From the NCBI GenBank assembly GCA_039208735.1, contig JBCCQY010000020.1, forward strand, positions 13,944 through 77,943: DNA of 64,000 nt, in the 5' to 3' direction. This DNA comes from Myxococcota bacterium. GTDB lineage: Bacteria > Myxococcota_A > UBA796 > GCA-2862545. Of the stretch, positions 29,488 through 37,346 are shown piece after piece. The position numbers and the translations under genes are program-made. The notes beneath the pieces were generated by a model. That model searched no databases, was not told where the DNA came from, and saw only the letters and a list, made by a program, of their open reading frames with translations. Within the stretch, counting starts at the first letter, position 1. Each line of letters opens with the position of its first letter.

Positions 29488-30933
29488 TCACTCGCAGGTG
29501 CAGCCTGCTCCGGCCTCGAGCTGACTGGCGGCCGCTTCGGGCAAACATGCACTCTCTTCGAAGGGGAGCATCGAGGCGATGTCGGGGTTGCAGTCCCCAC
29601 AACAGGAGTAGCTGTCGCCGCACGCGTTGGGCTCGCAGCCCTCGATGGTGCAAAAACCGTCGTCCGTACCCAGACTCAAGCACAAGCTGGCCGTCAGTCC
29701 GCTGCAGTCGTCGTCACTGGTGCATGGGGTTCCCGTGCCGTCCTCGGTGATGGGCAGCATGGGGTCGTCATCCCCATCGCAATCCGCGACGTACTCCGCC
29801 GGAACCACCTCACCGTTAAAGAAGTCGACCAAGCGTCCTGCAATCTCAACGCCTTGGTCGTCCTGCAGGAAGTGGCTGGCTTCGGCCAGGCGAACATGAC
29901 CCTGGCCCGCCGCGCCGACCACGTTGCACACCAGGGCATCCTGGGTCCCGCACTGGCCAAGATTCCCTGGGTCGTTGCCCCCCCAAATGGTGAGGAAGGG
30001 CCTGTCAAACGCTTCGAGTCCGGCTCGGGCGTCGCTGTTGAGTCCTGGCAGATCGTTGACGTGGGACGGAAACGTGCGCGGTCCGCTCATGTAGATTCGG
30101 CTTGGGTAGGGCGCATCGTAGGCCGCTTCCACGTCACTTGGCAGATCGAACCAGGTCAATGCTTCCAGTACCTCGGAAGCGGTAAACACCGAGGCCGTCA
30201 TTGAATATTCGATCCAGCCTCCAAAGTTGAAGTTAGGCCCGTCGCCGCCTGCGGTCAGCAACGAGTCGCAGCCGTCATAGAAGGGAGTTTGCTGCTCGGG
30301 AATACTCGTGAACAATGACTCTAAGTCGTCGTTGGGGACCTCGGGGTTTTCGGGTTCCGGCCATGGAGGAGGGCCGGCTGGACTGTCCGGCAAGTCGCCA
30401 TTGCCCACCGCGATGGCGGCGAACTTATCAGGATTAAGCCCTGCATACCGAAGCCCGAGGAGACTGCCCCAGTCCTGTACAAACAGATGGATATCGGTCA
30501 GTTCGAGTTCTTCGATGAAGGCACCGAGCCTATCGTAGTGCACCAGGAAGGTGTAGTCATCGAGGTTGGTGGGCTTGTCAGAGCGCCCCATGCCCAGGTG
30601 ATCCATGGCAATGACCCGGAATCCGGCATCGGAAAGTACGGGAATCATCTTTCGGTACAGGTACGACCACGAGGGCTGTCCGTGAAGCAACAAGACCACA
30701 GGGCCATCGTTAGGCCCCTCCTCGACGTAGGCCTGACGCAAACCATCGATGGTGACGTATTGTGCCTTGAAGTCCCACTCCGGGAGGTCTTCGAAGCACG
30801 CCTCCGGCGTCCGAACAAACTCGATGTCTTCGTCGGTGGTGCGAAGGTCGGGTTCGCTGTCGCAAGGGGGACTGGAGCAGGCGGCAAGCAGCGCACCACA
30901 AGCCAGGGAAACAAACCGAGAGAGTCGGGTCAT
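29488..30933 (-). CDS. haloalkane dehalogenase-like lipoprotein with Cys-rich C-terminal extension
   Basis: SD GGAGGA, lipobox LAAC, LLHGQPSWSYLYRKMIP, GMGRSDKP, nucleophile FVQDWG, AYDAPYP, catalytic HFLQDDQG. Confidence 0.9.
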   Translation of the reverse strand: MTRLSRFVSLACGALLAACSSPPCDSEPDLRTTDEDIEFVRTPEACFEDLPEWDFKAQYVTIDGLRQAYVEEGPNDGPVVLLLHGQPSWSYLYRKMIPVLSDAGFRVIAMDHLGMGRSDKPTNLDDYTFLVHYDRLGAFIEELELTDIHLFVQDWGSLLGLRYAGLNPDKFAAIAVGNGDLPDSPAGPPPWPEPENPEVPNDDLESLFTSIPEQQTPFYDGCDSLLTAGGDGPNFNFGGWIEYSMTASVFTASEVLEALTWFDLPSDVEAAYDAPYPSRIYMSGPRTFPSHVNDLPGLNSDARAGLEAFDRPFLTIWGGNDPGNLGQCGTQDALVCNVVGAAGQGHVRLAEASHFLQDDQGVEIAGRLVDFFNGEVVPAEYVADCDGDDDPMLPITEDGTGTPCTSDDDCSGLTASLCLSLGTDDGFCTIEGCEPNACGDSYSCCGDCNPDIASMLPFEESACLPEAAASQLEAGAGCTCE

Positions 30934-30987
30934 CGCATCCTCCTGGGTGGAACCTACTGGAGGTACGTTGAGCGACTGTGCAGGTCG

Positions 30988-31515
30988 CTAGAGCCCCTCT
31001 GTGTCGATGGAGACTCCTCCGTCTGTAATGGTGGAAGTACCGTCCATGTTGCCCATGCCGTCATACAAGATCGTGGGCGCCGCAGTTCCTTCCGCGGACG
31101 GTGAGAAGCTCTCTGTGCCCCCAAGCTCGACCGGGGCAGAGCCGGTGTCCACCACGGCTTCCGCTACGCCAGCGACGACGACACTGGCAACGACGGCGCG
31201 ACCAACGTGTAGGACATCACCGGCATCGACGTTGAGCCCGGTTTGCCTTTGAACCGCATCGGCGACACGTTCCGCGAATGCTTCCTCTTGTTTGGCAAGC
31301 GCCGCGTTCGTCCGTCGGGCACGGGCCTCAAGGTCGTCAAGCACTTCGGGCTCGATGAAGTTCTCAGCTAGATCGCGCGCGGACGTCATCGCCTTTCGGG
31401 CGGTGGCTTCGACCGCCCCCGATGCCTTGGCTTCCAGGTCCCGAACGGGCTTGACGACGGCCTGAAGGGTCTCGTTTTCCGCGAGCGTACGTCGGATCTT
31501 ATCGAAGAAGCCCAT
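30988..31515 (-). CDS. hypothetical protein
   Basis: SD GGAGGTG, MGFFDKIRR start, 175 aa. Confidence 0.75.
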   Translation of the reverse strand: MGFFDKIRRTLAENETLQAVVKPVRDLEAKASGAVEATARKAMTSARDLAENFIEPEVLDDLEARARRTNAALAKQEEAFAERVADAVQRQTGLNVDAGDVLHVGRAVVASVVVAGVAEAVVDTGSAPVELGGTESFSPSAEGTAAPTILYDGMGNMDGTSTITDGGVSIDTEGL

Positions 31516-31591
31516 CGTTCACCTCCGATACGCTCCCTATTGGTGGGGATGACGTAGGCTCGGAACGCTTTGCTACGGCATGCGACAACCC

Positions 31592-32367
31592 CTACCGCGG
31601 GGAGGTGATGCGTAGGTCCTTGGGACGAGTGCGAAGTTGCAACCCCAGATCGAGTTGAGCTGCGAGCAGGTCGAGCTGCAGATCGTTGACGTGGAACGTC
31701 AGTCCTGCGACGAATGCAAATTGGTCCGAGACGGGCAATTCGGCTCGAGGTGATAGAGACCACCACAGTGCATTGACGGCATCGATGTTCTCGGGGGGGC
31801 GTAGATGTCGTCGTTGTCGTATCCGTACGGGTTTGGTGGGGTTGCCGCGGGATTTGGAATGGACCAATTGGTGGGCGTGACCAGGTATTCGGCGCCGAAC
31901 GTAACGCCGAGTCGGGGCGCTTTGGTCTGACCGGTCACCGGGGCGGTGACCTGCAGATGGGCGGTTGGGCCTCCATAGGGAAGTCGAAAGTCGCTGATTC
32001 CCGTCAGGTCTCCGAGTCCCGCTGCGATCCCGAGTCGAAGTCCAAACGTACCGTGGTTGAGGCTTGGAATACGGGTTCGAATCCAGACTCCCGGTGAGCC
32101 TGCGACCGAGTTCCCCGGTCGCGTCAGGGCCCGAAATTCAAGCACCACCGCCCGTCCTACCGAATGGGCCCCCGAGAGGCTTGCCGCCCAATCCGTGTCG
32201 AGTATCGGCTCTTCGATCCCGGCCACCAAAGGTCCGGTGCCGCCAAGTTCAACCCCCGTCGCTTTTATGCCACTATTGAGTGGCATACCGCTCATGAACG
32301 TGGGGGGAGGCACCGCGGTTGTGCAGGCGGTTCCAATGAATCCCGCGATCATGATGGCAATGCGCAT
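31592..32367 (-). pseudogene. outer-membrane beta-strand-rich lipoprotein frameshifted at a C7 tract
   Basis: Lipobox GTAC. Adding one C to the run at 31793-31799 joins ...DIYAPP to ENIDAVNALWWSLSPRAELPV...LDLGLQLR. Confidence 0.65.
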
Positions 32368-32436
32368 GAGGCTCCCGTCTACGGGGCCAGCGTAGCGTAC
32401 CGATGTGGCAATCCACAGGCTCATTTCGTGTTTGGC

Positions 32437-33036
32437 TCACCACCACGGGGTCAGAACGCCGGTTTGGCGATGATAGTTGTGCCACTGTGCGCCGAACCGC
32501 TCCTGTAGCGACCGTTCTTCTTGCGGGAGTCGCCAGCCCAGCACCCAGAGTTGCGAAGCCAGCCATAGGCCACCCAGAAGCACGTTGCTGGTAAGCAAGG
32601 TCAATCCTCCAAAGATGAGGAGGAACGAGGTATACATCGGGTGGCGAATCCGCGCGTAGGGGCCCCGGCGAACCAATCGATGGTCGTCGCGAAGGTGCAA
32701 GGTGCCCGAGAAGTGGACGCCAAGGGCAAGATGGACCCAGACCAAAAGCAGAATGCCGGTCTCGAGAAGGACAAGGCCGACCCCGTGACCCCAGGGGGGA
32801 ATGGCGACGGAACCTGGCACGAGGCTTGGCGACACAACCCAGGCAGCGAGACCCACGAGACCGCCGATAAGGAACACGACGCGCACCATGATTCCGATGA
32901 ACCAGCCACCCTCTCGGCGAAGTCCGTCGGATTGATCGCGGAAAAGCCCTCCGGCCTCTCGATGCGCCAGCAGACGAATTCCCAGCACGATGGCGAAGAG
33001 GGCTCCAACCAAGAGTTGGCGTTCGAATTCGGTCAT
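32437..33036 (-). CDS. isoprenylcysteine carboxyl methyltransferase (ICMT/PEMT) family membrane protein
   Basis: LVRRGPYARIRHPMY, EERSLQERFG..W..Y motifs, several TM helices. Confidence 0.9.
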   Translation of the reverse strand: MTEFERQLLVGALFAIVLGIRLLAHREAGGLFRDQSDGLRREGGWFIGIMVRVVFLIGGLVGLAAWVVSPSLVPGSVAIPPWGHGVGLVLLETGILLLVWVHLALGVHFSGTLHLRDDHRLVRRGPYARIRHPMYTSFLLIFGGLTLLTSNVLLGGLWLASQLWVLGWRLPQEERSLQERFGAQWHNYHRQTGVLTPWW

Positions 33037-33605
33037 GTTCGCTCCACGATGGCGTGTACGAGCCGTTGGACGAGGCGTTTTCCATCGACTGGCACGGGTG
33101 AGGTGGCGAGGTGGGTAAGAATGCCCAGCATGCCCACTTGAAAGAATCGAGCTTCTAAAGCGGGATCTTCGGCGCCCAGCTCAACAAAGAACGCCTCGAA
33201 TGCGGTTCGATCAACCCTGGTGGCAACGTCGGTCATCGCATGGCGAAGTGCAGGGTCGGTAAGCGCCCGAAGATAAAGGTGAAACGTATTGGACTTGCCC
33301 TGCCCGGCTTCCAGGAGGGCGGTTCCTGCGGCGAGCAGTCGATCTGCGGGTGAGCCGTGGTCCGGCAGTGCAGCCATGGCCGATGCAACAACCTCGATTC
33401 GCTGTTGCACCACGGCCTCGACGAGGGCCTGTTTGCTCGGGAAGTAGTGGTACGCGAGCCCTTTCGACACCCCGGCCCGAGATGCCAGGGCCGCCATGGA
33501 GGTACCCGAGAACCCTCGTTCCGCGAACAGCTCAAGGGCAGCGTCAAGCAGCTGAGACCTGGTCTGAGCCCGCGCTCGGGCGTTGGCATCGGCATCTCGT
33601 CCCAT
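33033..33605 (-). CDS. TetR/AcrR family transcriptional regulator
   Basis: LLDAALELFAERGFSGTSMAALASRAGVSKGLAYHYFPSK. Confidence 0.95.
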   Translation of the reverse strand: MGRDADANARARAQTRSQLLDAALELFAERGFSGTSMAALASRAGVSKGLAYHYFPSKQALVEAVVQQRIEVVASAMAALPDHGSPADRLLAAGTALLEAGQGKSNTFHLYLRALTDPALRHAMTDVATRVDRTAFEAFFVELGAEDPALEARFFQVGMLGILTHLATSPVPVDGKRLVQRLVHAIVERT

Positions 33606-33617
33606 GCTGTGCGATTA

Positions 33618-33639
33618 TGATCGACCAAACGGTCAGTCA
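33618..33639. promoter_or_regulatory. putative TetR autoregulatory operator
   Basis: Inverted repeat TGATCGACC-AAAC-GGTCAGTCA just upstream of the tetR start, adjoining a CATAAT -10-like box on the minus strand. Confidence 0.55.
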
Positions 33640-33754
33640 ATCAAAATATGGAACCGAACGCCCGCGGCGCACAACGGGGGCAGGTGGAACCACTGCGATG
33701 GTAAGCCAAGGACCAGCCTACACCGCCGACCCACCCGGGGGATAGCGGGCGGGA

Positions 33755-33925
33755 TTGGCGAGAGACCGGGAATGCCGCGAACTTCGCGTGGAAACCCAGA
33801 ACACCAACGTCGCGGCTTGCCAGTTTTATGCGAACCGAGGCTGCGAGCTGGTCCTGGTCGAGCGAGGGGCCTACGGCGACCTTCCCGATGAGGTCAAGCT
33901 CGTCTGGGCGATGACCCTCGAATGA
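33755..33925 (+). pseudogene. 3' remnant of a GNAT acetyltransferase (streptothricin acetyltransferase-like)
   Basis: Reads LARDRECRELRVETQNTNVAACQFYANRGCELVLVERGAYGDLPDEVKLVWAMTLE*; in-frame stop just upstream; below the ORF-track cutoff. Confidence 0.65.
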
Positions 33926-33973
33926 GGAGGTACAGGGTCAGGGCCCCTCGATACGCCGACGCATGGAGGAGTC

Positions 33974-34888
33974 ATGCGGGACGAATGGGCCAAGGCTTTC
34001 TCGGCCACCGCGCAAGAGTGGTGGACCGAAGCTCGGACCAAGGCGGTACTGGGCGACAAGCGGCTTGCCTTCCCACCCGCGGAGGCGGCGGTTCTGCTAC
34101 GCGCGCTAGGGCTGATGAACGGGGATGCGACGATGCCTCCCGATCGGATCCGGAAGTACCGCCAGATCAACCACATGCTTCGCGTTTTGCGTCCTTCGCT
34201 CGAAGCGTTGGCCGACACGTGCGACCGGCCCTGCATCGTGGACGCAGGCTGCGGACGCTCCTACCTCACGATGCTCATCGCCTGGTGGTTTGCGCATACC
34301 CGTCTTCAGTCGGTTCAAATCCTCGGTATTGACCGCAGTCCAGCCCTCGTTCAGACGTGTCGTGAACGGGCGGAGCGGGCGGGATTGCAGGCGAGCCTTC
34401 GATTCCTCGCCGCACCGCTCGCCGACTTGGATTTGGAGGAGGCCTGGCGCGCGGAGTTTGGTGAGCCCTGGGCCGGCCTGGACGCACTGGTTTCGCTGCA
34501 CGCATGCGACACTGCGACCGATGACGCCTTGGTGTTGGCGGTCGAGCACCAGGCTCGTTTCGTTGCCGTGGCCCCCTGCTGTCAACGTGAGCTTTCGGCC
34601 GCATGGAAGCACCGTCCAGAACTGGGGCCTTGGGCGGCATCTCCCCACCTGCGCCGCACCGCAGCCGCCACCACCACCGACACGTACCGCATGCTGTTGC
34701 TCCAAACCCAGGGCTACGAGACGAGTGCGGTGGAATTCGTCGAGGCCCTTCATACCCCCAAGAACACCCTGATCCGAGGTCTGCTCCGCCCGCCCGCCAA
34801 ACCGGAGGCTCGGCTCCGATATTGCCAGTTTCGCGATCGAACAGGCGGCGTGGATATCGCCTTGGCCCGTCGATGGGGTGTGGTGTGA
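33974..34888 (+). CDS. class I SAM-dependent methyltransferase (Methyltransf_32-like)
   Basis: SD GGAGGAG; KYRQINH, IVDAGCGRSYLT, SLHACDTATD, APCCQ, EFV...HTPKN. Confidence 0.9.
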   Translation: MRDEWAKAFSATAQEWWTEARTKAVLGDKRLAFPPAEAAVLLRALGLMNGDATMPPDRIRKYRQINHMLRVLRPSLEALADTCDRPCIVDAGCGRSYLTMLIAWWFAHTRLQSVQILGIDRSPALVQTCRERAERAGLQASLRFLAAPLADLDLEEAWRAEFGEPWAGLDALVSLHACDTATDDALVLAVEHQARFVAVAPCCQRELSAAWKHRPELGPWAASPHLRRTAAATTTDTYRMLLLQTQGYETSAVEFVEALHTPKNTLIRGLLRPPAKPEARLRYCQFRDRTGGVDIALARRWGVV

Positions 34889-34930
34889 CCCCACCTCGGA
34901 CCCGACAATAGCTTGGCAACAGGAGGGTGC

Positions 34931-35503
34931 ATGGACTGGAGAGTCGCCGCGGCGGGCAGTGGGCTTTTGGGGCTGATCTTGGGTGGAGTAGGCGGACAAT
35001 TCCTCGGTGAACCGGAGGACGACTCGGCCTCCGAAGATTGTGAGGAACAGCTCGTTCAGCTTCGGAGCGAAGCCGAGCAGTTGCAGGTCCAGCTCGAGAT
35101 CGTGGGTGGCCTGCCGACGCCGTGGCCCGAAGAGGACATGGGCCCGTTCGAGGCCGATGCCGTCAAGGCCTGGCTCGACGCTGCTCCGTCGAGGTTCGAT
35201 GCATTCGCCAGCGTCGCGATGCTCGATTGTGAAGAGTTTCCTTGCTTGTTGGTGCTGAACTATCTGCCCGACGTCCCAGGGGGAGCGGAAACCCTCGAGC
35301 CGGTGCACGATGCTCTCGACGCCCATACCGAAGGACGAATCGGAATGGAGAGCCTCGTATCGGATGGCCCAAGCGGGACGACAGCCGCTGTGCCTGTCGC
35401 GCCAGACGATGCCCTGGCCGACCCCGCAATTCACGCTCGAATCGATGTTCGATTTGAGGAGCTCTTGAAGGGAAGTCCGGCCGAACCCGTCGACGACCCG
35501 TAG
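34931..35503 (+). CDS. hypothetical membrane-anchored protein
   Basis: SD AGGAGG, N-terminal TM, coiled segment, DCEEFPC motif. Confidence 0.75.
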   Translation: MDWRVAAAGSGLLGLILGGVGGQFLGEPEDDSASEDCEEQLVQLRSEAEQLQVQLEIVGGLPTPWPEEDMGPFEADAVKAWLDAAPSRFDAFASVAMLDCEEFPCLLVLNYLPDVPGGAETLEPVHDALDAHTEGRIGMESLVSDGPSGTTAAVPVAPDDALADPAIHARIDVRFEELLKGSPAEPVDDP

Positions 35504-35514
35504 CGTTTCGTTAG

Positions 35515-35925
35515 CTACTCGGTGACCTCGAAGGCGACCTCGAGCGTCACCTGCGGTTCGATGATGCGATGCGTAGCGTCGTGGAGGCGAGCGATGATCG
35601 TATGCTCGCCAATCTCGGTGTCTGCAGGGATGGTGAACCGTTCCACCTCGGTGACCTGCTGGAGGACTGGGTTCGTCATGAGGTCATCGAGGTAGATGTG
35701 GACGTGGCCGGTCATCCCTTTGGATTTGCCGTTTTCGTGGTCGTGGTCGTGGCCATCGTCTTTGTCGTCGAGGTGTCCAGTAAGCTGAAAGTGCTGGACG
35801 GCCACCTCGCTGGTCACCTCGGTCCCTGCGGTTCCTACGCCGGGTGACAGCTCGAAACGCAGCAGCTCAGGTGCCTCCGCTTCGGCCCCACATCCAATTG
35901 CGATCAACATCCACCAACCGCGCAT
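35515..35925 (-). CDS. His-rich putative metal-binding lipoprotein
   Basis: SD GGAGG, lipobox AIGC, GHDHDHE, GHVHIYLD, GEHTIIARLHDATH. Confidence 0.78.
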   Translation of the reverse strand: MRGWWMLIAIGCGAEAEAPELLRFELSPGVGTAGTEVTSEVAVQHFQLTGHLDDKDDGHDHDHENGKSKGMTGHVHIYLDDLMTNPVLQQVTEVERFTIPADTEIGEHTIIARLHDATHRIIEPQVTLEVAFEVTE

Positions 35926-36023
35926 GTTCTTTCCTCCATCAGAGGCGCGGTCCTTCACGCTCCTGAATCGTTACGCAAGCAACGAAACACATGGGGTAAT
36001 CAACATTTTGGGAGGCTAGGCGT

Positions 36024-36644
36024 TCAGGGACAGACCGCAGCCCAAGGATTCGCACCCACATCGTCCAGGATCCAGATGCGGACGAAGTCCTCGTCGATTT
36101 CGATCCAAGGTTGGGCGGTGGCGCGTGAGATGACGGTGGAGCAGTGGGGACCGACCTCGGATCCCAAGATGCTCAATTCGGCCCAGTGGGTGTTCGCGCT
36201 CACAATCGTGTCGATTGCCCCGCGACGGTATTGATGCACGATGGCGCCGGACGGGTAGTGAATGGCAGCGTCGACGAGGTCGGCGGTCGGCAAGAGTTGC
36301 CCATTGATGCTCGCTGGCAGGCCGATGTGCGTTCCTGCCCAAGGCCCGATCGGGTCGTTGTATGGAAAGGCGAGCGAGGGAGGCACGTCGCTGGGTTGGG
36401 GGAAGGGGTCGCCCTGGATGTTGGACCAGCGTACGCCATCAAAGACCGGCGCGGCAGGCATCGGGCTGGGCGGGAGCCAGGCGCCAAGGACGGGTTCGAA
36501 ACGGAGCCCTGGGGCAGAGGGCATAGGAGAGGGTGGCAACCACTCGGACGGCAGCGGGCTGGGCAACACCGCGTTGGCCGGCATCGGGACCGGGGGGATG
36601 GCAAAGGCCGGTTGGGCAAACAGGACCCACGACAAAACGCTCAT
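36024..36644 (-). CDS. secreted Pro-rich hypothetical protein
   Basis: SD AGGAG, signal peptide ending PAFA, repeated WLPPSPMP. Confidence 0.7.
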   Translation of the reverse strand: MSVLSWVLFAQPAFAIPPVPMPANAVLPSPLPSEWLPPSPMPSAPGLRFEPVLGAWLPPSPMPAAPVFDGVRWSNIQGDPFPQPSDVPPSLAFPYNDPIGPWAGTHIGLPASINGQLLPTADLVDAAIHYPSGAIVHQYRRGAIDTIVSANTHWAELSILGSEVGPHCSTVISRATAQPWIEIDEDFVRIWILDDVGANPWAAVCP

Positions 36645-36824
36645 GATTACTCCTGGCGGACATGCTCCCGAAGCTTGACGGGATCCACCCGGTTTTGCCT
36701 GACGGCAACTGGACCATCGGAGGTCCCGAAGTGGTCCCGTTGCGGTCAGGTTCGCCAGGTTCGGCAGAACTAGTGTGCACGGGTCCGGCGACCCTGACGT
36801 CCCGGTGCACAATGAGGATGTGAC

Positions 36825-37346
36825 ATGCACAAGATCGCGTGGATGCTGGCACTTTGGGGCCTGACGACGCCCGCGTTTGCCATGGACTCGGATGACGATG
36901 GCATTGATGACAGCACCGACAATTGCGACACCGTGGCCAATCCCCTCCAGTTGGACACCGACCTCGATGGGGCAGGTGACCTTTGTGACTGCGCCCGGCA
37001 CAACCCGGCAGTGTGGGACTGGGGCGATTGCCTCGCCATGGCGGACATTGCCGACGAGATTGCGGGCTTCGCCGATGTCTGTCGCACGCTGCCCGTCAAT
37101 CCATGGTGGGGCACCTACTGGGAGCCCGTGATCATCCAATGCTCGGGGATTGGCTGCGCGCCTCCAGTGTCATTGGCTGGTGTGGTTGATGTGTCGATGC
37201 TGCTGGGGGTCACCGTGGTCCGTCGAGACCAATTCATCGACGCGTTTGACCAGAACTTCCCCCTCGATCAGGTTGGGCTCGATCGGGACGGATTTGGCCT
37301 GATTCTCGATGGGATGGTCGACTCCTGCTACGGCTATTGCCCCTAA
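36825..37346 (+). CDS. secreted protein with thrombospondin type 3-like Ca-binding repeat
   Basis: SD GAGGA, signal peptide (PAFA), DSDDDGIDDSTDNCDTVANPLQLDTDLDGAGDLCD. Confidence 0.8.
   Translation: MHKIAWMLALWGLTTPAFAMDSDDDGIDDSTDNCDTVANPLQLDTDLDGAGDLCDCARHNPAVWDWGDCLAMADIADEIAGFADVCRTLPVNPWWGTYWEPVIIQCSGIGCAPPVSLAGVVDVSMLLGVTVVRRDQFIDAFDQNFPLDQVGLDRDGFGLILDGMVDSCYGYCP

Noticed and set aside
34106..35434. 442-aa minus-strand ORF
   Set aside because: Shadow of the methyltransferase and the next gene; no recognisable motifs.
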